A stretch of DNA of 64,000 bases from Phycisphaeraceae bacterium (lineage in GTDB: Bacteria > Planctomycetota > Phycisphaerae > Phycisphaerales > Zrk34): positions 8,277 through 72,276 of the forward strand of contig JBBDRF010000083.1 in NCBI GenBank assembly GCA_040905565.1, written 5' to 3'. The number at the start of each line of letters is the position of its first letter. Position 1 is the stretch's first letter. Under the pieces are notes generated by a model that was not told the origin of the DNA, did not search any database, and worked only from the letters and a program-made list of their open reading frames with translations. The translations under genes were made by a program, and so were the position numbers. Below, in pieces: positions 9,902 to 18,366 of the stretch.

Positions 9902-10776
9902 CAGGCAGCCTTCAACACGTGAGCATGCACCAGCGATTCCAGTTCCCAGTCAGCCAGCAGATCCTCCGCGACCAGCGGCACCAGCACGGCCCCCAGCCCC
10001 GCCGCCGCCTCCTGCCACATCTGCTGATGCCGGGCCAGCAGTTGCGTGTATCGCTGTTCCACGCCCGCATCCACCGCCACGTCAAGCGTCTGCCCGCTCT
10101 CACTATCGACCACCCGCACGCTGCCGCGTTCACCGACGCCCATGTCGGCCTTTGCAAGGATTTGAATCACAACGAGCCCCGCTGCCGACTCCGCCATCGG
10201 TCGAAGCGTGGCCAGCGGATCGCCTGCGAAAAGCAGATCGCTGATGAGCATCCGAAGCGATCCCGATCGCCACCGCGGCCGCATCTGCTGCAAAGCTGCG
10301 TCGACACTGAAATCGCCAGCGAAGCTCAACCCATGCCAGGCTTCTGGTCGACCACTGCCCTGCGCAAGCGGCTGACAGCCCCGCTCCCCCGCAAGCGAAA
10401 CCTCCCACGTAAAACGGCTGTTCTCCGCAGCCGTGACCAACGCCCCCGCCATCGCCACGGTGGCGTCGGCCTTGGCGGTTTCTTCCAGCGCCATTGAAGC
10501 GGAAGTATCGATCAGCAGTTCCAGATGTGGGCAGACCTCGTCACGGAAGGTCTTCACATGCAGACGATCAGAGCGGGCGTAAGCGGACCAGTCGATGCGC
10601 CGAACGTCGTCGCCGGGGTGGTAAACGCGGTGGTCCATGAACTCGAGGCTGGAGCCGACGTCTCGGCCGAGCTTCGCCCCGACCACGCCGCGCGTCACGC
10701 GCCTGGGATCGGCGAGCGCCAGCCGAGCCGCTGCACGCTGACCTTCGAAAGCGGCCTGTCGCAAACGCTCATCCAC
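9901..10776 (-). CDS. DUF58 family protein (MoxR-associated, vWA-like)
   Basis: GSSLEFMDHRVYHPGDDVRRIDW..YAR, IDTSASM, LISDLL. Confidence 0.92.
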   Translation of the reverse strand: MDERLRQAAFEGQRAAARLALADPRRVTRGVVGAKLGRDVGSSLEFMDHRVYHPGDDVRRIDWSAYARSDRLHVKTFRDEVCPHLELLIDTSASMALEETAKADATVAMAGALVTAAENSRFTWEVSLAGERGCQPLAQGSGRPEAWHGLSFAGDFSVDAALQQMRPRWRSGSLRMLISDLLFAGDPLATLRPMAESAAGLVVIQILAKADMGVGERGSVRVVDSESGQTLDVAVDAGVEQRYTQLLARHQQMWQEAAAGLGAVLVPLVAEDLLADWELESLVHAHVLKAA

Positions 10777-12316
10777 GCGTGTTCTCCTCGGTCACCACCG
10801 CCGGCTGCAGCGCATCGTCGCCGTTGGTCGTGGGCACTTCCACCGCGGGCGTCGCAGGGGCATCGGCCTCGGCGCGCGGCGGACGGAAGCGGGCGATCCG
10901 CCTGACCAGCCACGGCAACTGTGCACCCACCAGCAGGACCACCGCCACCCGCCCCAGCCACAAGGGCTCCTCCAGCGAATCGCTGAACACCACGCCCACC
11001 GACGTAATCCACCACGAAGGCGACAACTGATCCAACATCATGTTGCCCGTCAGCACCGCTGCCACCACGGGCCACGCGGTACCCAGCGCCATCAGGATTA
11101 GCGCCATCGCGAACGTGTGGGCCGGATTGATCAGCTTGCCGAGCGGCGTCAACCGCACCAGGAGGAACCCGACCAAACTGTAGCTGAGCAGATACGTGGC
11201 CATCACTTCCAGCCGCATTGCTTCAGTCGGGTCCAGTATCGCCGTCGACGACACCTGCGACCAGACGATGCCGACCGTGGCGGCCATCAGCAAAAGCGTC
11301 CACGCGATGCCGTTCGCCGCCCCGCTGAACAGCAGGAAGGCCGGCACCCGCAGCAGATGCCGCCGCGGCACCTTCGCCGCCAGCCTGCGATTGAGCACGT
11401 CGCGTTCGCCGATCGCTGCCAGCGAAGCGAGCCCCAGCGCCAGCACCGATCCCCAGCCCCAAAGCAGGATAGCCTCCGAATAACCAGCCGCGAACGCCAG
11501 AACGCCCGTCCCCGCCCACACCACCACGAAACACGCACGCGGCAGCACCGCCCGGTTCGATGATGCCGGGCTCACCGCCGCCACCGCCAGGGTGAACAGC
11601 AGCAGTGCCGTCCCCGCGTAGAACCCGACCAACCCTAGCCAGCCCAACACCGTCACATGCGTGAGCACGCCGAAGCTGATCACCCCGTAGGACCATTGCA
11701 TCGTCATCGAGAACGCGGAGACGAAAGCCATGAACGTCCCGAACTGCACGATCGATCGTGCGAACCGCGCCATCGGGATGCTCGCCACGAAGATCGCCAA
11801 CAGCACGCACCAGGAGATCACCATGAGATTGACCGCCAGGAGCGTGAAGATGGTCGGCAGATCGATGCCGCGTAGCAGGTACGCCAGCGTGAGAAAGGGC
11901 AGGCACAGCGAATAAATCAGCAGCGTCATGACCATCGCCGACACGAACTTCCCGCTGATAATCCGCCAAGGTTTGAGCGTCGTGATGAACATCAGGTCGA
12001 CGTTCTGATCACTCCGTTCCGACGCAAGCCGATACGCCGTGGTGCCCGGTACGAACAGCAGGCAAGTCGCCAGCAGAATGCCCAGCAGGAACATGAACAG
12101 TTCCGGGCCGTCGCCGAATGATTGCGATCCTGTGCCGGACGTCAGCGTGTAAACCGCGACGACACCCGCCTGCACGATCAGGAACAGCACCAGCACGCCG
12201 GTGATGGTTTTGCCCGCCACCGCCTGCCGCATCTCCTTCACCGCGATCGGGTTCACGAAGTCGCTGAGGCGCTGGCCCATGCGTTCGAATCTAGCTGCAC
12301 GCGCTTCGCTCATCAC
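10769..12316 (-). CDS. ABC-2-type transporter permease-like membrane protein
   Basis: NPIAVKEMRQ, ASERSDQNVDLMFITTL.PWRIISGK, many TM helices; translationally coupled to the ABC ATPase. Confidence 0.85.
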   Translation of the reverse strand: MMSEARAARFERMGQRLSDFVNPIAVKEMRQAVAGKTITGVLVLFLIVQAGVVAVYTLTSGTGSQSFGDGPELFMFLLGILLATCLLFVPGTTAYRLASERSDQNVDLMFITTLKPWRIISGKFVSAMVMTLLIYSLCLPFLTLAYLLRGIDLPTIFTLLAVNLMVISWCVLLAIFVASIPMARFARSIVQFGTFMAFVSAFSMTMQWSYGVISFGVLTHVTVLGWLGLVGFYAGTALLLFTLAVAAVSPASSNRAVLPRACFVVVWAGTGVLAFAAGYSEAILLWGWGSVLALGLASLAAIGERDVLNRRLAAKVPRRHLLRVPAFLLFSGAANGIAWTLLLMAATVGIVWSQVSSTAILDPTEAMRLEVMATYLLSYSLVGFLLVRLTPLGKLINPAHTFAMALILMALGTAWPVVAAVLTGNMMLDQLSPSWWITSVGVVFSDSLEEPLWLGRVAVVLLVGAQLPWLVRRIARFRPPRAEADAPATPAVEVPTTNGDDALQPAVVTEENTRG

Positions 12317-13248
12317 TGCACCTCCCCGGTCGTGAGATCCATGAACACCTGCTCCAGGTTGGCGCGGCGTTGGCGAAATTCCGCAATGCGAAAATCACGC
12401 TTCAACAGTTCCGCCAGCAGATCGCAGCACGTCTCTTCCGAGCCGCTTACGTCCGCCTCCACATGCGTATCCAGCATCCGCGTCTGCTCGATGTGAGGCA
12501 TCTCCAGCAGGGCTTTATGAAGCGCGGCCTGTTCACCGCTGACGCGGATCACCATCGTCCGAAGGTTCGTCGCTTCCGGGTTGGTCGTGATCTGCTCCAT
12601 CGTCCCCGCCCGCAGGATTCGGCCGCGCTCGATGATCACCGCACCATCGCAGATCTCCCCCAGTTCGCTGAGAATGTGCGAGCTGATCAGGATTGCCTTG
12701 CCCTGCCCCGCCAGATTCTTCAGCAGTTCGCGCAGTTCGATGCGTGCTCTTGGATCAAGCCCCGCCGCCGGCTCATCAAGCACCAGCAACGGCGGATCAT
12801 GCACCAGCGTCCGCGCCAGCGAAACGCGCTGCTTCATGCCCTTGCTCAGCGACGCCAGCGTCTTCTGCTTAATGCCGGAGAGGTTCGTGAACTCTTCCAC
12901 CGCATCGATCACCTTCGCCCGCCGAGGCATGCGAATGCCGTAGGCACGCGCGAAGAAATCCAGATACTCATGCACGCTGATGTCGTGATGGGCGGGCAGC
13001 GCGTCGGGCATGAAGCCGATCAGCCTTCGCGCCTGCTCGGGGTTCTCCACAATGCTCAGCCCGTCGATCTGAATATCGCCTTCGGTGGGATCGTCAAGCG
13101 TCGCCAGGATGCGCATGGTCGTCGTTTTGCCTGCCCCGTTGGGCCCCACGAAGCCAAACGTCTGGCCGGCTCCGAAGGCGAAGCTGACATCGTCGACCGC
13201 CGTCGTCTCGCCGAACCGCCGCACGAGTTGGTTCACTTCGACCTTCAT
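12313..13248 (-). CDS. ABC transporter ATP-binding protein
   Basis: Walker A GPNGAGKTT, signature LSKGMKQR, Walker B LVLDEP, H-loop SSH. Confidence 0.96.
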   Translation of the reverse strand: MKVEVNQLVRRFGETTAVDDVSFAFGAGQTFGFVGPNGAGKTTTMRILATLDDPTEGDIQIDGLSIVENPEQARRLIGFMPDALPAHHDISVHEYLDFFARAYGIRMPRRAKVIDAVEEFTNLSGIKQKTLASLSKGMKQRVSLARTLVHDPPLLVLDEPAAGLDPRARIELRELLKNLAGQGKAILISSHILSELGEICDGAVIIERGRILRAGTMEQITTNPEATNLRTMVIRVSGEQAALHKALLEMPHIEQTRMLDTHVEADVSGSEETCCDLLAELLKRDFRIAEFRQRRANLEQVFMDLTTGEVQ

Positions 13249-15083
13249 GGCTGCACCTCCGACCGCGCGGCCGCATCACTGAAATCGCCCGCCCCCAGCT
13301 TTCCGAACACCACGCTCTGCTGCGGCCGGGTGTGGTAACGCGTCAGCGACGGATCGACAAACGGCGACGTCTCGAGCACCGCCACGTACCAGCCGGGCTT
13401 AAGCACCGCCCGAAGGTTCTCGTCATCCCAGCCCGTCACGGCGGAAACGTCCTGCGAAAGCATGCCCCGCAGCGACCGGCTGGCCGTCGCCAGATTCGCC
13501 GTGCGTGCGACCACCGCTTCCCCGAGTTGACGCGTCGTGGCCCTCTCGCCCGCTGCGATCTCATCCGCACGATGAATCGCCCCGCCAGCATCCATGTATT
13601 GCACGCTGACGAGCGGTGCTTCGAGGTTATTGATGAGCACGGGCGTGCCTTCATCATCGTGGTCGACCTGCAGACGCCGACGATCGGTCGCCACCCGCCG
13701 CACGCGGAAATGACTCGGCACACCCGCCGTCACCCAGCCGCTGGCAAGGTGCTGCTCGTTGCCCACCCACGCCACGGTGCGAGGCCGGCCCGCCTCCTGC
13801 CAGTCGTCCGAAAACTGCTGCGTCAGTTCAGTATTCGCATCGAAGCGAAGCCCGTCGCTCGGCGACAGCGGCGCGTGATAGCCGAGCATCCCCCGCGTCA
13901 CCGCCCGATGCTCCTGCTGATCCAGCACCGTCACCGTCGCCAGCCGAATCGTCGGCGTGATGCCGTCCGCCAGCACGCTGTAAGCGAACACCGACCCGCA
14001 AAACACCAGCGAAATCAACGGCGTCGTCCACAGCAGCCATATCCGACGCTTCTTCCGGCTAAGCACAATCAGATTCACAGGCCCCGCCACCACCGCGAAC
14101 ACCACCAGCAGTGCGAACAGACTTCGCACCGGCACGGCGATGTCGTCCAGCACCGGGAAACGCTGATGGGCCTGACGCATGCTCATTCGATCGACCAAGG
14201 CCTCGTGGGTGTCCGCCGCGGCATCGGTCAGCCGACTCCACGGCAGGTTGCCCAGCTCATAACCCAACTTCGACTCATCGATCTGCATCATCTGCCCGAA
14301 GCCGATTTGCCCGGCGTGCCCGTTTTCGAACGGCTCCGCCTCGCTCTCCGCCGGCAGTTCAACATCGCCCAGCAGCGCCAGCACCCCGCCGGCCCGGGTG
14401 TAATCCAGCAGCGCGCTGCGCACTTCGGGCGGCGCGGCTCGCCATTCATCGGCCGTGACGACCACCGCGGCATAGGGACTGTAACTCAGCCACTGCCGAC
14501 TCCACTGCCCCGGCGATTCCGAATGACGCGTGAACTCATATTCAAACCTGCCCCGGCTCTCCATGACCGAAGGCGTATCCATCGCCTGGTACGAAGCGAG
14601 CACGAACACCTTCTCGCCCCCCGACCGCGACCAGGATGGCCCGAAAGCGTTGGAACCGCTACCGGCACTACGTAGGCCGTCGCGCTGTTGCCGACCGTCG
14701 ATGCTGACGGAAAAACCGCTGCCGCTGAGCGAAACGGGCGGTTGCGGGATCGAAAGCCTCGCCCGCGCGCCCGGCGGCAGCTCCACGCTCCGCGTCAGCC
14801 GGCTGATCCGGTGGTCGCTGCCGTAGTTGCTCCGCGGTGCCGTCAGCGTCACACGATGCGTCTGCGAATCCGACCGATTCTCGATCACGAACGTGTGATC
14901 CACGTAACCGAAGCGTGCCTCGTCGGGCGAAACGGTCACATTGGCAATCCGTATGGCGTCGAATGTCTGTTGCGACTGCGCCGACACCAGCGGCGTCATG
15001 CAGAGCATCAACAACAACGCCAGGCAGGTCGATCGTTGCACGGCGGCCGATGCCACCGCGACGGCGGGAGGGTTGCCAATCAT
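13245..15083 (-). CDS. Exported/membrane protein with a GATase-like domain and two TM helices
   Basis: Signal-like N-terminus, AVVV...LLDYTRAGGVL, then TM pair VVAGPVNLIVL..KKRRIWLLW. Start MIGNPP at 15083, just after the MoxR stop. Confidence 0.7.
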   Translation of the reverse strand: MIGNPPAVAVASAAVQRSTCLALLLMLCMTPLVSAQSQQTFDAIRIANVTVSPDEARFGYVDHTFVIENRSDSQTHRVTLTAPRSNYGSDHRISRLTRSVELPPGARARLSIPQPPVSLSGSGFSVSIDGRQQRDGLRSAGSGSNAFGPSWSRSGGEKVFVLASYQAMDTPSVMESRGRFEYEFTRHSESPGQWSRQWLSYSPYAAVVVTADEWRAAPPEVRSALLDYTRAGGVLALLGDVELPAESEAEPFENGHAGQIGFGQMMQIDESKLGYELGNLPWSRLTDAAADTHEALVDRMSMRQAHQRFPVLDDIAVPVRSLFALLVVFAVVAGPVNLIVLSRKKRRIWLLWTTPLISLVFCGSVFAYSVLADGITPTIRLATVTVLDQQEHRAVTRGMLGYHAPLSPSDGLRFDANTELTQQFSDDWQEAGRPRTVAWVGNEQHLASGWVTAGVPSHFRVRRVATDRRRLQVDHDDEGTPVLINNLEAPLVSVQYMDAGGAIHRADEIAAGERATTRQLGEAVVARTANLATASRSLRGMLSQDVSAVTGWDDENLRAVLKPGWYVAVLETSPFVDPSLTRYHTRPQQSVVFGKLGAGDFSDAAARSEVQP

Positions 15084-15087
15084 GCGT

Positions 15088-16146
15088 TTACCCCGGGGAC
15101 TGGGTGGTGGAAGCTGAACTGATCTGAACGTCGTCAGGCAGATCAAGCGATGCCGGGTCAAGCGCCTCAAGCAGTGAGCGGATCACCGCTGTGGTGTCCA
15201 CCTGATCGAAGCGTGCTTTGTAGTTGAGGATGATGCGATGGTTCATCACCGCCACCGCAACCGCGTGCACATCTTCAAAGCCGACCGTCGGCCGGGCGTC
15301 GAGCAAAGCGTGCCCACGTGCCGCCTCGGCGATCGCAATGGCCGCACGGGCGCTCGCCCCGTAGGTGACGTACTGCGTGACAAGCGGGGTGGCTTCGTTA
15401 GATTCCGAATGTGTCGCCGCCACCAGCCGTGCGATGTACCGCACCAGCGCACGCGGCAGGTAGATACCCTCCATCACCTGGAAAATTTCCTCGAGCTGCT
15501 CACGCGAGAGTGACCAGTCAGGCTTCGGCGGCTCACCGCGCCGGCGCGACGAGATGATCTGCTCAAGCACGTCAATGTTCGCCCCACCCACGTGCAGCTT
15601 GAACAGGAACCGATCCAGCTGCGCCTCCGGCAGCGGGTACGTGCCCTCCAGTTCGATCGGGTTCTGCGAAGCGAGCACGAAGAACGGATCCGGCAGCGGC
15701 CGCGTCGCATTCAACAGCGTCACGCAACGTTCCTGCATCGCCTCCAGCAAGGCAGCCTGCGTCTTCGGCGAAGCGCGGTTGATCTCGTCGGCAAGCACCA
15801 GATTCGAGAAGATCGGCCCGGGCTCGAAGTTCATCTCACGACGGCCCTCAGCATTCTCCTGGAGAATGTGCGTGCCGAGGATATCGCCCGGCATCAGGTC
15901 CGGCGTGAACTGAACGCGGCTGAAATCCAGGCGCATCAGCTCCGAAAGCGTCTTCACCAGCTGCGTCTTCCCGACGCCCGGCAAGCCCTCGAGCAGAATG
16001 TGACCGCGGCTGAGAATGCCGACGAGCACGAGGCGATTCAAGTCCCCCTGCCCGAGCAACACCGCATCCAGTTCCTCGAGCAGACGCCCAGCGGCCCGGG
16101 CGGCAGGTTCGAGCCGATCGGGCGGCAGAAGATCCGCGCTACTCAT
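15088..16146 (-). CDS. moxR: MoxR-family AAA+ ATPase
   Basis: GHILLEGLPGVGKT, RVQFTPDLMPGDI, LADEINRASPKTQAALLEAMQE, QNPIELEGTYPLPEAQLDRF. Confidence 0.95.
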   Translation of the reverse strand: MSSADLLPPDRLEPAARAAGRLLEELDAVLLGQGDLNRLVLVGILSRGHILLEGLPGVGKTQLVKTLSELMRLDFSRVQFTPDLMPGDILGTHILQENAEGRREMNFEPGPIFSNLVLADEINRASPKTQAALLEAMQERCVTLLNATRPLPDPFFVLASQNPIELEGTYPLPEAQLDRFLFKLHVGGANIDVLEQIISSRRRGEPPKPDWSLSREQLEEIFQVMEGIYLPRALVRYIARLVAATHSESNEATPLVTQYVTYGASARAAIAIAEAARGHALLDARPTVGFEDVHAVAVAVMNHRIILNYKARFDQVDTTAVIRSLLEALDPASLDLPDDVQISSASTTQSPG

Positions 16147-16229
16147 CAGCAGTTTCCATCAGGGAGGTAAGCATCAACAACTCCAACGAAGGCCCGTCAA
16201 AACGAAATAACACGACACAAAAAAACACA

Positions 16230-17645
16230 TCACTCGCGATCGAAGTACCGCTGCACCGCCCCCCGATGCCGAGGCAGAATCACCTGCGACGCCGCCCCGC
16301 CGCCGCCCGACGCTGCACCATCCAGCGCGGTCGCGCTTGAGCGTTGCTCCGGCAGATCAACCTCAGGTGCCGTCGAAGATAGGCCGATCAGCGTCGATCC
16401 TTCTCGGTCGATGGCGGCGGGTGAAAGCGCGACCGGTTCGAAGGCGGCGTCGTCTGTCCGGATCGGCGCCTCTGCAAGCGTGGCCGGCGCCGACGCGTTG
16501 CCGATGCCCTGACCGCCGCCCGTGCCGAGCATCGCGGCGAGCATTGCCGCCCCATCGCTTTCGCCGGCCTCTTCGCACAGGGCCGCCCACTCGGGGTCGA
16601 TCAGCCGCCCTTCAACCAGACGCTGAATTTTTCCGCTGCCGCCCTGCCCCATGTTCTCGCACTCACCGGCAAGCTCGGAAAGCTTCTCCAGCATCTCGGC
16701 GTCCATCGCCCGGGCCTCGCCGTTCGCCAGCGCTTCGGCCATTTTGCCAAGCGTCTCCGCATCAAGCTTGCTGCCCTCGGCCCCGCTCTTGGCCATGGCC
16801 TCAGCCAGCGCCTCCGCCAGCTCGGGGTCAAGTTCGCCCAGCCGATCCGCCAGTTCGCTGAGCGCTTCGGACGCGGCGTTCGCATCCAACTGCGGCAGGT
16901 CCGACATCTGATCGTCCGCCAGCGCCTCGGCCAGCGCGCCAAGCTCCGCAAGATCGCCTGTGTCGGTGACCGTCTTCTCCGCCGCCTCCTCCGCGGCCTG
17001 CGACAGCTGGTTCTCTAAATGGTCGAGCATCTCCCACGCGCGCATCGCATCTTCGCGTGCGGTGTCGTCAAGATCCTTAAGCGTCTCCCGGAAATCCTCC
17101 GCCTGTTCAGCCTCGATCGCCTGCTCCTCGTCGAGCAGGTCGAGCCGATCTTCCAGCGTTTGAATGTTGTCCGCCAGCTGCACGCGACCGTCATCGCGCT
17201 GCGCCACCACAGCCGGGTCAGGCACCACGAACGCCAGCATCACAAACGCCAGCGCCGCCGCCAGCAGCCCCCACTGCCGCCCGCTCCGCCACTGGATGCG
17301 CAGCGGCGCGAGCCTTCGACGTGAAAGCCAGCCGCCCAGATCGATCTCCCCTTCGCTCATGACCAGCCCGCCAGACCGCTGCTGCCGATCGCACAGCGCA
17401 CGGATGCCCTGCTCACTGGGCACCCGCAAGCGACCACGCACCACGGCGACGATGGCTGCGACTGCGATGCCCAGCGCTCCCCATCCCAGCCACTGCCGTT
17501 CCACCAGTCCCAGCGCTCGCAGTGCCACGACGACGACACCCCATGCGAACAGGTAAAGCGTGATCAACTGAAGCGCCTGACGTAGCGTGAGCGTCCAGCG
17601 CAGTTGCCGGCGCACGGTGCGAATCAGTGAGTCGGGCGTCCCCAT
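16230..17645 (-). CDS. Hypothetical membrane-anchored acidic coiled-coil protein heading the MoxR operon
   Basis: Three N-terminal TM segments, long E/A/L-rich helical region, C-terminal P.HRGAVQRYF. Confidence 0.7.
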   Translation of the reverse strand: MGTPDSLIRTVRRQLRWTLTLRQALQLITLYLFAWGVVVVALRALGLVERQWLGWGALGIAVAAIVAVVRGRLRVPSEQGIRALCDRQQRSGGLVMSEGEIDLGGWLSRRRLAPLRIQWRSGRQWGLLAAALAFVMLAFVVPDPAVVAQRDDGRVQLADNIQTLEDRLDLLDEEQAIEAEQAEDFRETLKDLDDTAREDAMRAWEMLDHLENQLSQAAEEAAEKTVTDTGDLAELGALAEALADDQMSDLPQLDANAASEALSELADRLGELDPELAEALAEAMAKSGAEGSKLDAETLGKMAEALANGEARAMDAEMLEKLSELAGECENMGQGGSGKIQRLVEGRLIDPEWAALCEEAGESDGAAMLAAMLGTGGGQGIGNASAPATLAEAPIRTDDAAFEPVALSPAAIDREGSTLIGLSSTAPEVDLPEQRSSATALDGAASGGGGAASQVILPRHRGAVQRYFDRE

Positions 17646-17814
17646 GAGCGACCGTCCTTACGTTTGTTAAACAACCCAGGACCGGGTGTGATGCCGTTGC
17701 CTCATTATCCGCGATAGAATTCGAAACATCCAGAACTTTTCCCGTCGCAACTGTGCGATGGCGACAACAGCCGACGCCTCAGCGGCCTGCCGTGTCTTCT
17801 TTGCCACGGTTGCG

Positions 17815-18366
17815 CTAGTTCGGGCGGATCGCCAGCGAAACGGGGGCCGAATAAACCGGCGAAGCCTCCGCAACATCGGGCACATATCGCGCGAGGATGG
17901 TGACTTCCCCGTGCTCGAAGGGCTCGCCTTTATCCCACCGCAGCGTAAAGCCGTACCCCACCCCGAGGGCCGATCGGCTTGCTGTACTCGCCAGTTGTGC
18001 GGGATCGAAAACCCACGTCTGACGCGGCTCCGCCGTCGCGACATCGCGACGCCTGATCACGCCATCAAAAAGCATCACCTCCAGCACGCCGGTTTTGATC
18101 GGCAAGGAGCGATAGCCGTCCTGGCCGACCGCATAGATGCTCGCGGCGAACCCATCGGGCCCCGGCTCATCATCCAGATTCAGCGCGGTCGGCGACGTCA
18201 GCAACTTCAGATCGTAAACGACCCGCTCGCCTGCTGCCGCAGCACCGGGCTGAGCGCGCGGTGATCGCGAGTCGGCCCCGGGCGTCGCTTCGCAACCGAC
18301 GGCCGCCACCACCATCGCCACCCACACAAGCCCGCTCATGACCAAACGGCCCATGCTACTGCTCAT
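17815..18366 (-). CDS. Lipoprotein overlapping the secretin stop; candidate pilotin or secretin accessory
   Basis: Lipobox LVWVAMVVAAVG|C; beta-rich domain. Start could be 18366, 18354 or 18339. Confidence 0.7.
   Translation of the reverse strand: MSSSMGRLVMSGLVWVAMVVAAVGCEATPGADSRSPRAQPGAAAAGERVVYDLKLLTSPTALNLDDEPGPDGFAASIYAVGQDGYRSLPIKTGVLEVMLFDGVIRRRDVATAEPRQTWVFDPAQLASTASRSALGVGYGFTLRWDKGEPFEHGEVTILARYVPDVAEASPVYSAPVSLAIRPN

Noticed and set aside
17815..18366. Type VI secretion system suggested by the TssJ-like motif
   Set aside because: No other tss gene is in the window; the context is entirely T2SS-like.
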